Shown one piece after another: positions 30,635-41,653 of a stretch of 64,000 nt of DNA. The notes under the pieces are model-generated. The model ran no database searches, had not been told where the DNA came from, and worked only from the letters and a program-made list of their open reading frames with translations. Position 1 is the stretch's first letter. The number at the start of each line of letters is the position of its first letter. Source of the DNA: an uncultured Clostridia bacterium (lineage in GTDB: Bacteria > Bacillota > Clostridia > Christensenellales > Borkfalkiaceae); the NCBI GenBank assembly GCA_934278995.1, contig CAKQWM010000003.1, positions 62,516 to 126,515 on the forward strand, read 5' to 3'. A program made the position numbers and the translations under genes.

Positions 30635-30800
30635 CTTTATATTATATTTTCTGCGCGAAACAATTATAAGATAATAATTTCAAAAACGTAAAAAATATAA
30701 AAATTCGGCTTACAATCTGTTATTTTTAAAATTATTATGTTTGTCGTAATTGATTTTGAAATAGTCGTTAATTACTAAGAACGCGACAAAAAAACTATAA

Positions 30801-30843
30801 AATAAAAAGCGCGCCCCTAAGTATTATAAAAGCAAGGGGCGCT
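30801..30843 (-). terminator. Rho-independent terminator after the CDF transporter gene
   Basis: A GC stem GCGCCCC/GGGGCGC with an 18-nt loop is followed by a U-run on the minus strand. Confidence 0.6.
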
Positions 30844-30867
30844 TTTCATCGTGAAAAACTTCTTAAT

Positions 30868-32046
30868 TTATATAAACGATTTTTCGATTTTAATAACGGC
30901 TGAAGTATTGACGAAGTTTTCGGAAATAAGATTTTCAAGTCTGTATTTAACCGCCTCGTCGTTCATTTTCAAATCATGCGGTATAACCGCATCGAATATA
31001 TATTTCGTGTACGCGGGACCTTGAACCATTCTGAAATCATGAACCGTAATTCTTTCGTCAACTTCTTTAACGATTTTGGAAACGGCGATTCTCGCCTCGG
31101 TAACTTTTTCGTCGCTCGTACAAATGGGATCAAGGTGAATAATTGAAACGCAACCGAGTTTTTTGTCGAGTTCCGTCATAGCGCCGTCTATAACGTCGTG
31201 CAGATGATAAATATCCTGATCCCCCGATACTTCTGCGTGAAGCGAAATCATAAATCTGCCCGGTCCGTAATCATGCACGACCAAATCGTGAACGCCCACG
31301 ATTTCTTTATGCGCTAACACTATCGAGTATATTTGATTTACCAACTCTTTATCGGGTTTTTTGCCTACAAGGTCGCCTACGGTATCTTTAAACGAAGTTA
31401 TACCTGCAAATACGATAAACAACGAAACAACCGCACCGCAATAACCGTCGAGGTTTAACCCGGTAAATTTGTAAATTATCGCGCAGATAAGAACGAGCGA
31501 AGTCGCAATTACGTCGGACAAACTGTCCGTGCCGACAGCCTTCATGGTGTTTGATTTGATTTTTTTACCGTAATAAACGTTGTAGATTATCATATAAACC
31601 TTAACAAGAACGGTTAAAGCGATAATTACTAACGCCGTTACGTCGGAATATGCAGTCAAATCGGGTGAAACACCGTTGATTATGTTGGTAATAGAGTCTT
31701 TACACGCCAATATTCCGACGACGATAATAATATTTGATATTACGAGCGCGGAAATATACTCGAACCGCCCCATTCCGAACGGTCTTGAATCTGACGCTTT
31801 TTTCTGAGCGAACTTGAACCCGAAAAGAGATATGAGCGAGGAACCCGCATCGGATAAGTTGTTATAGGAATCCGCAATTATCGACACAGCCCCGCTGATA
31901 ATACCTATAAACAATTTTACCGCAAACAGTAAAACGTTCAGGAGAATCCCCATGACGCTACAAAGTACGCCGTAGGCTCGCCTGACGTCCGGATTTTTGT
32001 ATTCCGCCCGATTTTTAATGAAAATTTTAGAAAGTAAATATATCAT
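30868..32046 (-). CDS. Cation diffusion facilitator (CDF) family metal efflux transporter
   Basis: The N-terminal membrane domain contains AVSIIADSYNNLSD, and a cytoplasmic C-terminal domain follows. The ORF is 392 aa. Confidence 0.85.
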   Translation of the reverse strand: MIYLLSKIFIKNRAEYKNPDVRRAYGVLCSVMGILLNVLLFAVKLFIGIISGAVSIIADSYNNLSDAGSSLISLFGFKFAQKKASDSRPFGMGRFEYISALVISNIIIVVGILACKDSITNIINGVSPDLTAYSDVTALVIIALTVLVKVYMIIYNVYYGKKIKSNTMKAVGTDSLSDVIATSLVLICAIIYKFTGLNLDGYCGAVVSLFIVFAGITSFKDTVGDLVGKKPDKELVNQIYSIVLAHKEIVGVHDLVVHDYGPGRFMISLHAEVSGDQDIYHLHDVIDGAMTELDKKLGCVSIIHLDPICTSDEKVTEARIAVSKIVKEVDERITVHDFRMVQGPAYTKYIFDAVIPHDLKMNDEAVKYRLENLISENFVNTSAVIKIEKSFI

Positions 32047-32062
32047 ATTCGCACATATTGCT

Positions 32063-32086
32063 AAGCGCGCAAGAGATTTTGCGCGC
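32063..32086. other. 9-bp perfect inverted repeat (AGCGCGCAA gagatt TTGCGCGCT) downstream of pgi
   Basis: GC-rich hairpin without a clear U-tract. It may be an atypical terminator. Confidence 0.4.
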
Positions 32087-32113
32087 TTGAATTACGGATT
32101 TTGAATTTTAAAA

Positions 32114-33541
32114 TTAACAAACGTATTGCGGTTTCTTTTTAGGTGCGCTTTCGAGTTCTTTACGTTTATCCTCGTAGCCTTTTCTTCCGAACATCGCGTA
32201 AGTCGCGTTTTTGCCTTCCTCTACGCCGGGTTGATTAAACGTATCGATACCGAGCATTTCGCCTGCGTAAGCCGTGGCAAGTTCAAGCATGAACATAAAT
32301 TCACCGAGCGTAAATTCGTTAATTTCGGGAAGATAAATAGTGTTATTCAGCCTGTTTTTACGGCAAAGAGCGTATTTGGTAGCCTTCATTTCGGTAGAAA
32401 TCAGTTCGTTCATACTATGACCGCACAAGAAATTAACGTTCGGAAATTCTTCGCACCCGTCGGGAATAATCACTTCTTTACGATATTCATCGACCGCAAC
32501 GAAAGTAACGACTTTATCGAAAGGTCCCTCGGTGTAAAGTTGAACCTGACTGTGTTGATCGGTAACGCCCAAAGACTTAACGGGTGTCTGACCGGCAAAA
32601 ACGGGTTCTCCTTTCTTGTTTACAGCCTTACCGAGGCTTTCCGCCCAAAGTTGACAATACCAGTCCGCCATAAATCTTAAACCGTCGGAATAAGGCATCA
32701 TAACGGAAATATTTTTGCCCTTCTTGATTGCAACGTATTGCAAAAGAGCAAACGCCATTGCGGGGTTCTTTTTATAATCCGCTTTTGAACAAATTTTGTC
32801 CATATAAGCGGCGCCTTTCAGCATCGATTTGATATTAACGCCTAAAACCGCCGCGGGGAAAAGCCCTACGGGGCAAAGTTCGGAAAATCTTCCGCCGACG
32901 CTATCGGGTATGAATAACGTTTTCAGACCTTCTGTCTTTGCGATTTTTATAAGATTACCGCTGTTCTCGGAAGTGGTTGCGACAACGTGATTTTTTGCAT
33001 CGGCGCCGAATTTTTGTTTGAGCATATCCCAGACGATCAGATATTGTGACATGGTTTCGCTTGTCGAACCGCTCTTGGTTATTACGTTAAACATGGTTTT
33101 TTCGGGTTCTATAACGTCGAACAAAGCCGCCATTCTTTCGGGATCGACGTTGTCTTCGACGTAGAACTTCGGACCGCCGCGTTTTCTGTCGGGTAAGTCG
33201 TTATAATGTAGGTGTTTAAGCGCCTGGAAAACCGCTATGGGACCCAACGCGCTTCCGCCGATGCCGAGAACGACGAAGTATTTAAAATTCTTTCTTACGG
33301 TTTTTGCGGTTTCTAAAATTTCTTCTACGACTTCGTTCTGATTATACGGAAGTTCCGTCCAGCCCATCATGCCGGTTCCGCGGTTTTTGTTTACCGTTTC
33401 AAAAGACGTTTTTACAAGTTCGGAATAATTTTTTAACTCCTTTTCGGTAAAACCTTCTTTTTCGCCGACAAATTCGCTCATCATATTGTTATAATCGAAT
33501 CTTAAGCGAAGTTGTTCGTTGGTTTTTCTTTTTTCTGCCAT
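32114..33541 (-). CDS. pgi: Glucose-6-phosphate isomerase
   Basis: Two SIS domains and the segment VVLGIGGSALGP. The ORF is 475 aa. Confidence 0.85.
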   Translation of the reverse strand: MAEKRKTNEQLRLRFDYNNMMSEFVGEKEGFTEKELKNYSELVKTSFETVNKNRGTGMMGWTELPYNQNEVVEEILETAKTVRKNFKYFVVLGIGGSALGPIAVFQALKHLHYNDLPDRKRGGPKFYVEDNVDPERMAALFDVIEPEKTMFNVITKSGSTSETMSQYLIVWDMLKQKFGADAKNHVVATTSENSGNLIKIAKTEGLKTLFIPDSVGGRFSELCPVGLFPAAVLGVNIKSMLKGAAYMDKICSKADYKKNPAMAFALLQYVAIKKGKNISVMMPYSDGLRFMADWYCQLWAESLGKAVNKKGEPVFAGQTPVKSLGVTDQHSQVQLYTEGPFDKVVTFVAVDEYRKEVIIPDGCEEFPNVNFLCGHSMNELISTEMKATKYALCRKNRLNNTIYLPEINEFTLGEFMFMLELATAYAGEMLGIDTFNQPGVEEGKNATYAMFGRKGYEDKRKELESAPKKKPQYVC

Positions 33542-33545
33542 TTAT

Positions 33546-34331
33546 TTATCCTCTTTTAATTATATTTCTGACGTATTCGAGCGAATCGCCGAGTTCTTCG
33601 ATATTACGGTAACTGTCTTTATATACCTCGATAAGTATTGCGCCGTTAAAATCGATTTCAACGAGTTCGTTTATCAATTTTTCAAAATCGAACAAACCTT
33701 TGCCGGGCAAAACAATCTTTCCGTTTTCGTCGTAATCCGAAATATGTACCGTGTTTAAACGCGGCGCCATTTCGTCAAGATATCCGCGATAGTCGTAACC
33801 TGATAATCTCGCCTGTTTTATATCAAGACATGCCCTTAAATTCGGCGCGTACGGCATAAGATTTTTAAAATAACCTACTTGGTTGTACATAGCCCATTCA
33901 ACGTTTTCAAGACAAACCGAAACGCCGTATCCTTTGGCTAAATTATCGAGTTTGTTGAAATAATTTCCGGTTTCTTCATAATTTGAAAAGTTGGCGCGTT
34001 TAATGCGTATTCTGCCGTGAAAAGTGTTGTTTTCGGCATCGAGAATTTTCGCGCACTTTAAAACGTCTTTAAAAATCTTAACGGCGTCGTTATACGAACG
34101 ATCGTTTGAAGAAAACAATTGCGGTTCGTAATGAGTGTTTAAAGTGTGTATGGAATGAACCTTTAAGTTGCCGAGCCGAGATTTTAAAAGCCTTGCGTAA
34201 TCTTCTTTGTATTCGCAAAACGACTCTAAAAAAATTTCTACTACGCCCGCTCCGATTTTATCCAAAGTAAGTAAGGCGTCTTCGTTATATTCTCTGCCAA
34301 ATAGTGACGCCGTTGATACTCCAACCTTCAT
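33546..34331 (-). CDS. Sugar phosphate isomerase/epimerase (xylose-isomerase-like TIM barrel)
   Basis: A 261-aa TIM-barrel family signature: the N-terminus reads VGVSTASL, with conserved HxH and E positions. Confidence 0.6.
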   Translation of the reverse strand: MKVGVSTASLFGREYNEDALLTLDKIGAGVVEIFLESFCEYKEDYARLLKSRLGNLKVHSIHTLNTHYEPQLFSSNDRSYNDAVKIFKDVLKCAKILDAENNTFHGRIRIKRANFSNYEETGNYFNKLDNLAKGYGVSVCLENVEWAMYNQVGYFKNLMPYAPNLRACLDIKQARLSGYDYRGYLDEMAPRLNTVHISDYDENGKIVLPGKGLFDFEKLINELVEIDFNGAILIEVYKDSYRNIEELGDSLEYVRNIIKRG

Positions 34332-34410
34332 AATATCACCAAAAAAACTGCTTATTATCGAATATTTTAAGAATTTTTATGTTAATCGAAAAAGTTCTTA
34401 TCTTATGTTT

Positions 34411-34437
34411 CGGGCTGCCACTTGGGCAGCCCGAAAA
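34411..34437. repeat. Perfect 11-bp inverted repeat TTCGGGCTGCC actt GGCAGCCCGAA
   Basis: Stable GC hairpin between the sugar isomerase and hpf genes. The flanking A/T runs are placed wrongly for a canonical terminator on either strand. Confidence 0.6.
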
Positions 34438-34479
34438 TCAAAAACATATTAAATTTAATATTAAATTGTATTTCGATAT

Positions 34480-35004
34480 TTATTTAATAATCGGATCAAT
34501 CAGACCGATATTTCCGTCGTCTCTAAGATACAAAACTTTTGTTTTGTCATTATTTTTGTCGAAGAAAACGAAGAAGCTGTGTCCCGTTAATTCAAACTCT
34601 TCTATCGCTTCGTCTATTGACATCGGGGTAAGTTCGAATTGTTTGGTTTTAACGAGTTTAAAATCGTTTACGTCTTTTTCTTCGTAAATTCTATCTTTCA
34701 GGTAAGCGCCCTGACGAAGTTTTGATTCGAGTTTTGAACGATATTTATAAATCTGACGTTCGATTTTAGGTAAAACTATATCGATTGTGTCATAAAAATT
34801 ATCGCCCTTGGCTTCCGCGCGGATTAACGAGCCTTTATAGTTTATGGAAAGTTCCATTTTACATTCCCGTTTTTCCTGTTTAAGATAAATTTTGCAAACG
34901 GAATCCTCGTCAAAATACTTGTCTAATTTAGCGACCTTTTTTTCTAAAATTTCGCTGAGTTGTTCTTTAACCTGATAATTTTTGGCAACAATTTCAATTT
35001 TCAT
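34480..35004 (-). CDS. hpf: Ribosome hibernation promoting factor (long form)
   Basis: Begins MKIEIVAKNYQVKEQLSEILEKKVAKLDKYFDE. The 174-aa protein has an N-terminal YfiA domain and a C-terminal dimerisation domain. Confidence 0.9.
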   Translation of the reverse strand: MKIEIVAKNYQVKEQLSEILEKKVAKLDKYFDEDSVCKIYLKQEKRECKMELSINYKGSLIRAEAKGDNFYDTIDIVLPKIERQIYKYRSKLESKLRQGAYLKDRIYEEKDVNDFKLVKTKQFELTPMSIDEAIEEFELTGHSFFVFFDKNNDKTKVLYLRDDGNIGLIDPIIK

Positions 35005-35026
35005 ATTTTATCTCCTTTATGTTAGA

Positions 35027-37525
35027 TTATAAGTTATCGACTAAAAAGTCAATCTGACCGTCGTCGTCGATTACTTTGACCTTGTGTTCCGACCTCAAAT
35101 CTCCTTTGATTATCATGTCGGAAAGAGGCGTTTCGACAAGCGACGTAATAGCGCGTTTAAGCGGTCTTGCGCCGTATTCTTTGTCGTAACCTTTTTGTAA
35201 TATTAAGCGCTTTGCTTCGTCCGTAAATTCCAGACTCACGTTCATAGAAGCCATCCTCTTTTTTAAAGCGTCGAGTTGTAAGTCACAAATTTTTCCGCAT
35301 TCCTCCATGGTTAATTTGCGGAAAACGACTATTTCGTCGATACGATTTAAAAATTCGGGACGGAATCTACGTTTAAGCGCGTCGTATATCGTATTTTTTT
35401 CGTCTTCGAGTTCACTCGAATTATCTCCGAATCCTATTTTTGCAATGGGTTTAACGTTTGAAGCCCCTTCGTTTGAAGTCATTATGATTATCGTGTTTTT
35501 AAAATCCACGGTTCGTCCCTTGCTGTCCGTAAGCCGTCCGTCGTCGAGAATCTGAAGCATTACGTTAAATACGTCGGGGTGGGCTTTTTCTATTTCGTCG
35601 AAAAGTATAACGGAATAAGGTTTCATTCTGACTTTTCCCGTAAGTTGACCTTCCTCGTCGTATCCTACGTACCCCGGCGGTGCGCCGATTAGTTTCGCAA
35701 CGCTTACTTTTTCCATATATTCGCTCATATCTATACGAATAAGTGAATTTTCGTCGCCGAAAATAGCCTCCGACAATGCTTTACTGAGTTCTGTTTTCCC
35801 TACACCCGTAGGACCGACGAAAATAAACGAACCGATCGGTTTTTTGGGATCTTTTATAACCGTCATCGAACGCCTGAGCGCCCTCGAAACGGCGCTTACG
35901 GCAAAATCTTGCCCGATTACGCGCTTATGGAGCAGACTTTCAAAATTCATAAGTTTTTGCGATTCGGTTTCGGTAAGTTTTGAAACGGGTATTCCCGTCT
36001 GTTCGCTGACTACTTTAGCCACGCTTTCTTCGTCGATATATGGATTATCGTGATTCTTTTTACGTATATCGGCGCGTTTGATTTCGGATATTTCTACTTT
36101 AAGCGCTTCTATTTTTTCGTCTAAATCTCTGTAGTCGCTTCCGCTCGAAAGCAAATAGTTTCTGTCAATCAAAAGATCTTTTAATTGCCATTCTTTTTCT
36201 ATCACGGTTTCGGGCGGCGTATCTATCAGAAGCCTTTCCTTGGCGGCTGCCTCGTCAATTAAGTCAATCGCCTTATCGGGTAAAAATCTGTTGGTTATAT
36301 ATCTATCCGACAAAACGACCGCGGCTTTTATCGCGGAATCGGTAATTTCAATTCCGTGATGCGCTTCGAATTTATCACGCAAACCTTTAAGAATTTCTAT
36401 GCAATCGTCAATCTTCGGCGGTTCGACCTTCACTATTAAAAACCGTCTTTCCAAAGCGGGATCTTTTTCTATATATTTATTATATTCGCCTATGGTAGTT
36501 GCGCCGATAACCTGCAACTCCCCGCGGGCGAGGTTCGGTTTTAGAATATCTGCTACCGAATAAGAACTAAGCCCGGATAAAATGGTATGAATTTCGTCTA
36601 TGAATAATATAACGCCGTTTTCTTTGGCGTAATTGATTGCCGATTTAAAACGTTCTTCAAACTCTCCGCGAAATTTCGCGCCTGCAACTATTCCGTTTAA
36701 ATCAAGGGAAAATACCACTTTGTTTTTCAGCGTTACAGGCACGTCGTCCTTTGCGATTTTTATTGCCAGACCTTCTATAACAGCGGTTTTACCTACTCCC
36801 GGTTCGCCTATTAAAAGCGGGTTTGATTTAATCCTTCGTGAAAGAGTTTCTATAACGCGTTTTATTTCGTGATCTCTGCCGATAACCGGATCCAACTTAT
36901 TAAGCCTTGCCATTTCGGTGAGGTTTACGCCGAAGGAATCCAATTCGCCAAGCCCTTCGTAAGAACTTCTTGTTTCATTGTCTTTACGGCAAACGGAAGA
37001 TTGCCTGACGTTGAGGGTTTCTCCGCTGATTTGACCGTAATTCAGCGGTTTATCGTCCGTGAGCGGTTCGGGCTGTCTTTTTTTTAAATCGTTTACGAGA
37101 TTTTTGGCTTCCGCCAAAAGTAAATTATAATTACTTACTATGGAATCGACGATAATCGAGCCGTAGGAATCGGTAGTTTCAAGAATCGCCAAAAACAAAT
37201 GTTCGGGCGCGATAAAATCACACCTTGCCAAATTGGCTATCTGAGCCGAATAATCGATTGCGGTTTTCGTTCTCGGAGTATAACCCTCTCTCTCGTACGA
37301 CGGTTCAATAACGTCTTTCACCCTCGGATAATAAGACGAAGGAGTAACGCCGAAAGATTCGAGCGTCTCGGAAATTTTTCCGCATCCTTTAAGCATTGCG
37401 GCAATAATAAACTCGGTGGAAACGTATCTCACGCCGTAGCGGTTTGCTACTTCCTTTGCTTCTTTAAGTATCTGAACGTATTTAGTTGTCGCTCCGAAGG
37501 AAAGCCCGTTTCCTATGTTAACCAT
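35027..37525 (-). CDS. clpC: ATP-dependent Clp protease ATP-binding subunit ClpC
   Basis: Clp_N repeats, two AAA+ modules ([18 protein letters not shown]), a UVR/middle domain, and 832 aa. It lies immediately downstream of mcsB. Confidence 0.93.
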   Translation of the reverse strand: MVNIGNGLSFGATTKYVQILKEAKEVANRYGVRYVSTEFIIAAMLKGCGKISETLESFGVTPSSYYPRVKDVIEPSYEREGYTPRTKTAIDYSAQIANLARCDFIAPEHLFLAILETTDSYGSIIVDSIVSNYNLLLAEAKNLVNDLKKRQPEPLTDDKPLNYGQISGETLNVRQSSVCRKDNETRSSYEGLGELDSFGVNLTEMARLNKLDPVIGRDHEIKRVIETLSRRIKSNPLLIGEPGVGKTAVIEGLAIKIAKDDVPVTLKNKVVFSLDLNGIVAGAKFRGEFEERFKSAINYAKENGVILFIDEIHTILSGLSSYSVADILKPNLARGELQVIGATTIGEYNKYIEKDPALERRFLIVKVEPPKIDDCIEILKGLRDKFEAHHGIEITDSAIKAAVVLSDRYITNRFLPDKAIDLIDEAAAKERLLIDTPPETVIEKEWQLKDLLIDRNYLLSSGSDYRDLDEKIEALKVEISEIKRADIRKKNHDNPYIDEESVAKVVSEQTGIPVSKLTETESQKLMNFESLLHKRVIGQDFAVSAVSRALRRSMTVIKDPKKPIGSFIFVGPTGVGKTELSKALSEAIFGDENSLIRIDMSEYMEKVSVAKLIGAPPGYVGYDEEGQLTGKVRMKPYSVILFDEIEKAHPDVFNVMLQILDDGRLTDSKGRTVDFKNTIIIMTSNEGASNVKPIAKIGFGDNSSELEDEKNTIYDALKRRFRPEFLNRIDEIVVFRKLTMEECGKICDLQLDALKKRMASMNVSLEFTDEAKRLILQKGYDKEYGARPLKRAITSLVETPLSDMIIKGDLRSEHKVKVIDDDGQIDFLVDNL

Positions 37526-37534
37526 ATTGCTACC

Positions 37535-38524
37535 TTATACTTCGCAAATATTAAGCGAGCCGAGAGCGTTTTTAACAAAAATCGCTCTTTTTTCGTCAAG
37601 AGATTCCGAAGCAATGTTGTCGTTTAATGAAAGAGTATTCGGTCTTGCGGTTACCGTCAGATCGTCTATGGCAAAACTGTTGTCGCAAGATAAAATTCCG
37701 AGAGAAATGCCCGTTTTGACGCGGGCGATAAGTTCGCCGAACTCGTCGTAAGGAAGTATTGCCGAATGAGTGAGGATTCCGAGCGCTCTTAAAGACTCGT
37801 CTTTCGTCTTTAAAGGATTTTTAAGATATTCTCTTTTTCGTTCTTTTTTTTCTTCTTCGGCGACTAAAAAAGTAAAATTTTTAACGTTATTTATTATCGA
37901 TTTTACGTTATCGACTGTAACAGAATTGCTTATTTGATAATAGTAACCCTCTGACGCGCTTCCTTCGCCAAAGGCGCCCCTTATCGTAATGCCTTTTTCG
38001 TAAGCGAGCATTGCAAAGTCAGATAACCTTCCGGAGTTTGTGAGAGCGGGCAGAAAAGCCATAACCGAAGCGCGCATACCCGTTCCGAGATTCGTCGGAC
38101 AAGCGGTATAATAAAAACCCGATTTAACGGAAAACCTTAAATTTGAACCGAGTATTTTATCGAGTTGACTTATCCTCGAATACGCGCCGTCAAGGTCGAA
38201 GCCTTTGAAAATACATTGTTCTCTTAAATGATCTTCTTCGTTAATCATAACCGACAGCAATCCGTCCTTTGAAACGGAAACCGCGCCGTAAGGAGAATTT
38301 GCAAGGTTGTTAGAAACGATATATTTTTCAATGAAGGAGCGCTTTTCCAATTCGGTTAAATCGTTCATACGATAACTTACGAAACCGATTTTTTTTAAAA
38401 CGGAATTACACGTCAGCGCAATTTGTTTTTCGTCGGAAGTTCCCCGAATCATTACGGGAAAATCAAAATCCTGCAAGTTGCGCGCAAAACGTATCCTCGA
38501 TGAAATAACTACGTCGGTATTCAT
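37535..38524 (-). CDS. mcsB: Protein arginine kinase McsB
   Basis: ATP:guanido phosphotransferase domain with the CPTNLGTGMRASV signature. The ORF is 329 aa and lies between the McsA-like gene and clpC. Confidence 0.9.
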   Translation of the reverse strand: MNTDVVISSRIRFARNLQDFDFPVMIRGTSDEKQIALTCNSVLKKIGFVSYRMNDLTELEKRSFIEKYIVSNNLANSPYGAVSVSKDGLLSVMINEEDHLREQCIFKGFDLDGAYSRISQLDKILGSNLRFSVKSGFYYTACPTNLGTGMRASVMAFLPALTNSGRLSDFAMLAYEKGITIRGAFGEGSASEGYYYQISNSVTVDNVKSIINNVKNFTFLVAEEEKKERKREYLKNPLKTKDESLRALGILTHSAILPYDEFGELIARVKTGISLGILSCDNSFAIDDLTVTARPNTLSLNDNIASESLDEKRAIFVKNALGSLNICEV

Positions 38525-38528
38525 AGTA

Positions 38529-38819
38529 CTAACCCCTTCTCTGAACGTTGTCGATAAGCGGTTTGAGTTCTGCGGCGAACTCGACGTAACAATGAGGACA
38601 CCCGACGATCATAGTATTAAGAATTTCGCCGAGGGTTCTTCCGCAGCGGCGACAGGTTTTAAGTAAATCGGAATAAAAAACGGCGTAAAATTCTTCGGCG
38701 TCGTAACTTAACGCGGCGTGCATACAGGAAGGGCAAACTTTGCCTTCCGACTTAAACGCCCCGAAATATCTCACGACTTCTTCCGTCGCTTCGTTTTTAT
38801 GACATACCGGACAAATCAT
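38529..38819 (-). CDS. mcsA: Short McsA-like zinc-ribbon protein (putative McsB activator, no UVR domain)
   Basis: A GGAG RBS sits 7 nt before the internal ATG (MICPVCH...). Two CxxC-Nn-CxxC pairs are present. The product is only 96 aa, against about 180 aa for canonical McsA. Confidence 0.6.
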   Translation of the reverse strand: MICPVCHKNEATEEVVRYFGAFKSEGKVCPSCMHAALSYDAEEFYAVFYSDLLKTCRRCGRTLGEILNTMIVGCPHCYVEFAAELKPLIDNVQRRG

Positions 38820-38985
38820 TTCATACTCCGAATTATTCTCTCGATACAATTATATCATTATTTTGAAAAAAGTAAATACCATTTTTATAATTTTTGGTTA
38901 TTTTAACCGATTTTTTACAAGTTTTTTCGGCATATTCGCAAATAATCGGAATTTAAACGAAAAATAAGACGGAATAATGCGAATA

Positions 38986-39017
38986 AGATAAAAATATCCG
39001 CCGAAAAACGGCGGATA
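38986..39017 (-). terminator. Rho-independent terminator after galU
   Basis: A 9-bp stem TATCCGCCG/CGGCGGATA with loop AAAAA is followed by UUUUUAUCUU on the minus strand. Confidence 0.75.
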
Positions 39018-39022
39018 AAGGG

Positions 39023-39895
39023 TTAATCTTCAACTAAATTTTTCAAATAAGCCTTAAATTCGTTTTTGAGTTTCTCGTCTCTGAGTCCGTATTCGACGTT
39101 GGCTTTCAAAAAGCCGAGCCTGTCACCCATATCGTAACGGATGCCTTCAAATTCGTAAGCGTAAGCGCCGAAGGATCTTGCTTCGACGTCAAGCGCGTCG
39201 GTAAATTGATATTCGTTGTTTGCGCCGAGTTTAAGATTACGCATGATATCTACCATCGATGGCGAGCAAACGTATCTGCCGAGCGGTGAAATGTCGCTTT
39301 TGACGAGTTCTATCGGCGGTTTCTCGGTAATAGTCGTTACGCGATACTCTCTTCCTTCGTTACAATCGTATTCGACGGAAGCGTATTTTGGAACGTCTTC
39401 GTGAGGCACCGTCTTGACACCGATGACGGTTTTGCCGTGCTTATAATATAAGTCGATCAATTGCTTCAAAACGGGCTTTTCGGGGTTGTACATGACGTCG
39501 TCGCCGAACAAGACGGCAAACGATTTGCCTTTTATATATTCTTCCGCTGCCATTATTGCGTCTGCGGTTCCGCGTTGCGCTTTTTGTACGACAAAATGTA
39601 CTTTGGCAATTTTTTCGGGATATTTTATAGCGTTCAGATAATCCGTTTTGTTTCCCTTTTTCAAAACTTCTTCCAACGCGGGACAAGGTCTGAAATGGTC
39701 TTCGATAATTTCCTTTTTATGACCGACTACGAAAACGATTTCTTCGATACCGCTTTCGGCGGCTTCTTCGGCGATTATCTCGATTGCAGGCCGGTTGATG
39801 ATGGGAAGCATCGGTTTGGGTACTGCTTTAGTGTAGGGCAAAAATCTTGTGCCGTAACCCGCAACGGGTATTACGGCAATTTTAACTTTTTCCAT
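39023..39895 (-). CDS. galU: UTP--glucose-1-phosphate uridylyltransferase
   Basis: Begins KAVIPVAGYGTRFLPYTKAVPKPMLPII. The ORF is 290 aa. Confidence 0.92.
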   Translation of the reverse strand: MEKVKIAVIPVAGYGTRFLPYTKAVPKPMLPIINRPAIEIIAEEAAESGIEEIVFVVGHKKEIIEDHFRPCPALEEVLKKGNKTDYLNAIKYPEKIAKVHFVVQKAQRGTADAIMAAEEYIKGKSFAVLFGDDVMYNPEKPVLKQLIDLYYKHGKTVIGVKTVPHEDVPKYASVEYDCNEGREYRVTTITEKPPIELVKSDISPLGRYVCSPSMVDIMRNLKLGANNEYQFTDALDVEARSFGAYAYEFEGIRYDMGDRLGFLKANVEYGLRDEKLKNEFKAYLKNLVED

Positions 39896-39962
39896 ATATA
39901 TTCTCCTGCTTAAAAAATATAATTTCGTTAAAAATCAACGATAATAAGTCGTTTTTTTAAGA

Positions 39963-40613
<651 letters not shown>

Positions 40614-40648
40614 TTATATCATCAAAATAATAGGTTAAATCAAACATT

Positions 40649-41098
40649 TTATAGTTGTGAATTTTCCGCTTTGGTAATTTTGGCAATTCGTTTTATATGT
40701 TTTTCTTCATTTGAAAAAGGCGTGGATAAAAATATATCGACAAGTTCTTTCATCTTTTCGACGGAAATAACGCGCGCGCCCAAAGCAAGCATATTTGCGT
40801 CGTTATGTTCCCTCGTCATTCTGGTAGAAAACTCGTCGGAACAGTTGGCGCAACGTATACCTTTAACCTTATTAGCGCATATAGCCATTCCTATACCCGT
40901 TCCGCAGATTAAAATACCGAAATCAGCCCTTCCCGAAACAACTTCGTTTGCGCATTTTAAAGCGTAATCGGGGTAATCGCACGAATCTAAAGAATACGTG
41001 CCTAAATCGATAGCGGTATATCCTTTTTCGTTAAGATAAGCGACTATTTCCTGTTTTGCGGAGTAACCCGCGTGATCCGATGCAACGGCTATTTTCAT
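40649..41098 (-). CDS. rpiB: Ribose-5-phosphate isomerase B
   Basis: Begins MKIAVASDHAGYSAKQEIVAYLNEKGY and carries GILICGTGIGM. The ORF is 149 aa. Confidence 0.9.
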   Translation of the reverse strand: MKIAVASDHAGYSAKQEIVAYLNEKGYTAIDLGTYSLDSCDYPDYALKCANEVVSGRADFGILICGTGIGMAICANKVKGIRCANCSDEFSTRMTREHNDANMLALGARVISVEKMKELVDIFLSTPFSNEEKHIKRIAKITKAENSQL

Positions 41099-41163
41099 TT
41101 TATCACCTGCTTAGGCATTTCGTATATGCCGATAATTTATTTTTTATAGTGTTTTTTTAACGT

Positions 41164-41607
41164 TTATAATACCTTTTTAAGCATCTCTATAATAATATCG
41201 CACGCTTTTGACAGTTGCAAAAAACATTGTTCGTATTCTTTGGAAGATTTTCCGTACGGATCGATAACGTCGCCGCATTTAGTCAACTGGTTTATCGAGT
41301 AAACGTTTTTGTAACCCGAATCAATCAATCTTTTTCTTGCCGAATCGGTCATCGCAACTATTGCGTCGAATTTTTTTGCCTTTTCCAAAGTAATCTGTTT
41401 CGGTAAAAATTTAGTCATTTTTACGCCGTGATTTTTAAGCGCCGCTTTCGCAAGCGGATTCATGGATACCTCCGAAACGTCCGTTCCGAACGAAGTAATT
41501 TTCAAATCCATATCGTCGGGTAACTTGCTTTTTAAAATAAACTGAGCCATAGGACTGCGACAAGTATTCCCCGTGCATACAAAACAAAGTGAAGTTTTAT
41601 CAGGCAT
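41164..41607 (-). CDS. ywlE: Low-molecular-weight protein phosphatase, likely the protein-arginine phosphatase YwlE
   Basis: Carries CFVCTGNTCRSPMAQ, which matches the P-loop C-X5-R. The ywlC-ywlE-rpiB-upp gene order matches that of B. subtilis. Confidence 0.75.
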   Translation of the reverse strand: MPDKTSLCFVCTGNTCRSPMAQFILKSKLPDDMDLKITSFGTDVSEVSMNPLAKAALKNHGVKMTKFLPKQITLEKAKKFDAIVAMTDSARKRLIDSGYKNVYSINQLTKCGDVIDPYGKSSKEYEQCFLQLSKACDIIIEMLKKVL

Positions 41608-41653
41608 AAAAATGATTACCTCTCAGAATTTACGCTACGCCCGACTGAAAAAT

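Noticed and set aside
38820-38849. Longer McsA start (MYRENNSEYE...)
   Set aside because: That ATG lies within the -10 box of the operon promoter. A GGAG RBS precedes the internal ATG at 38819 instead.
38850-39022. CtsR gene or CtsR operator upstream of mcsA
   Set aside because: The region is only 173 bp. It has no ORF and no GGTCAAA heptad repeats. It contains the galU terminator and a promoter.
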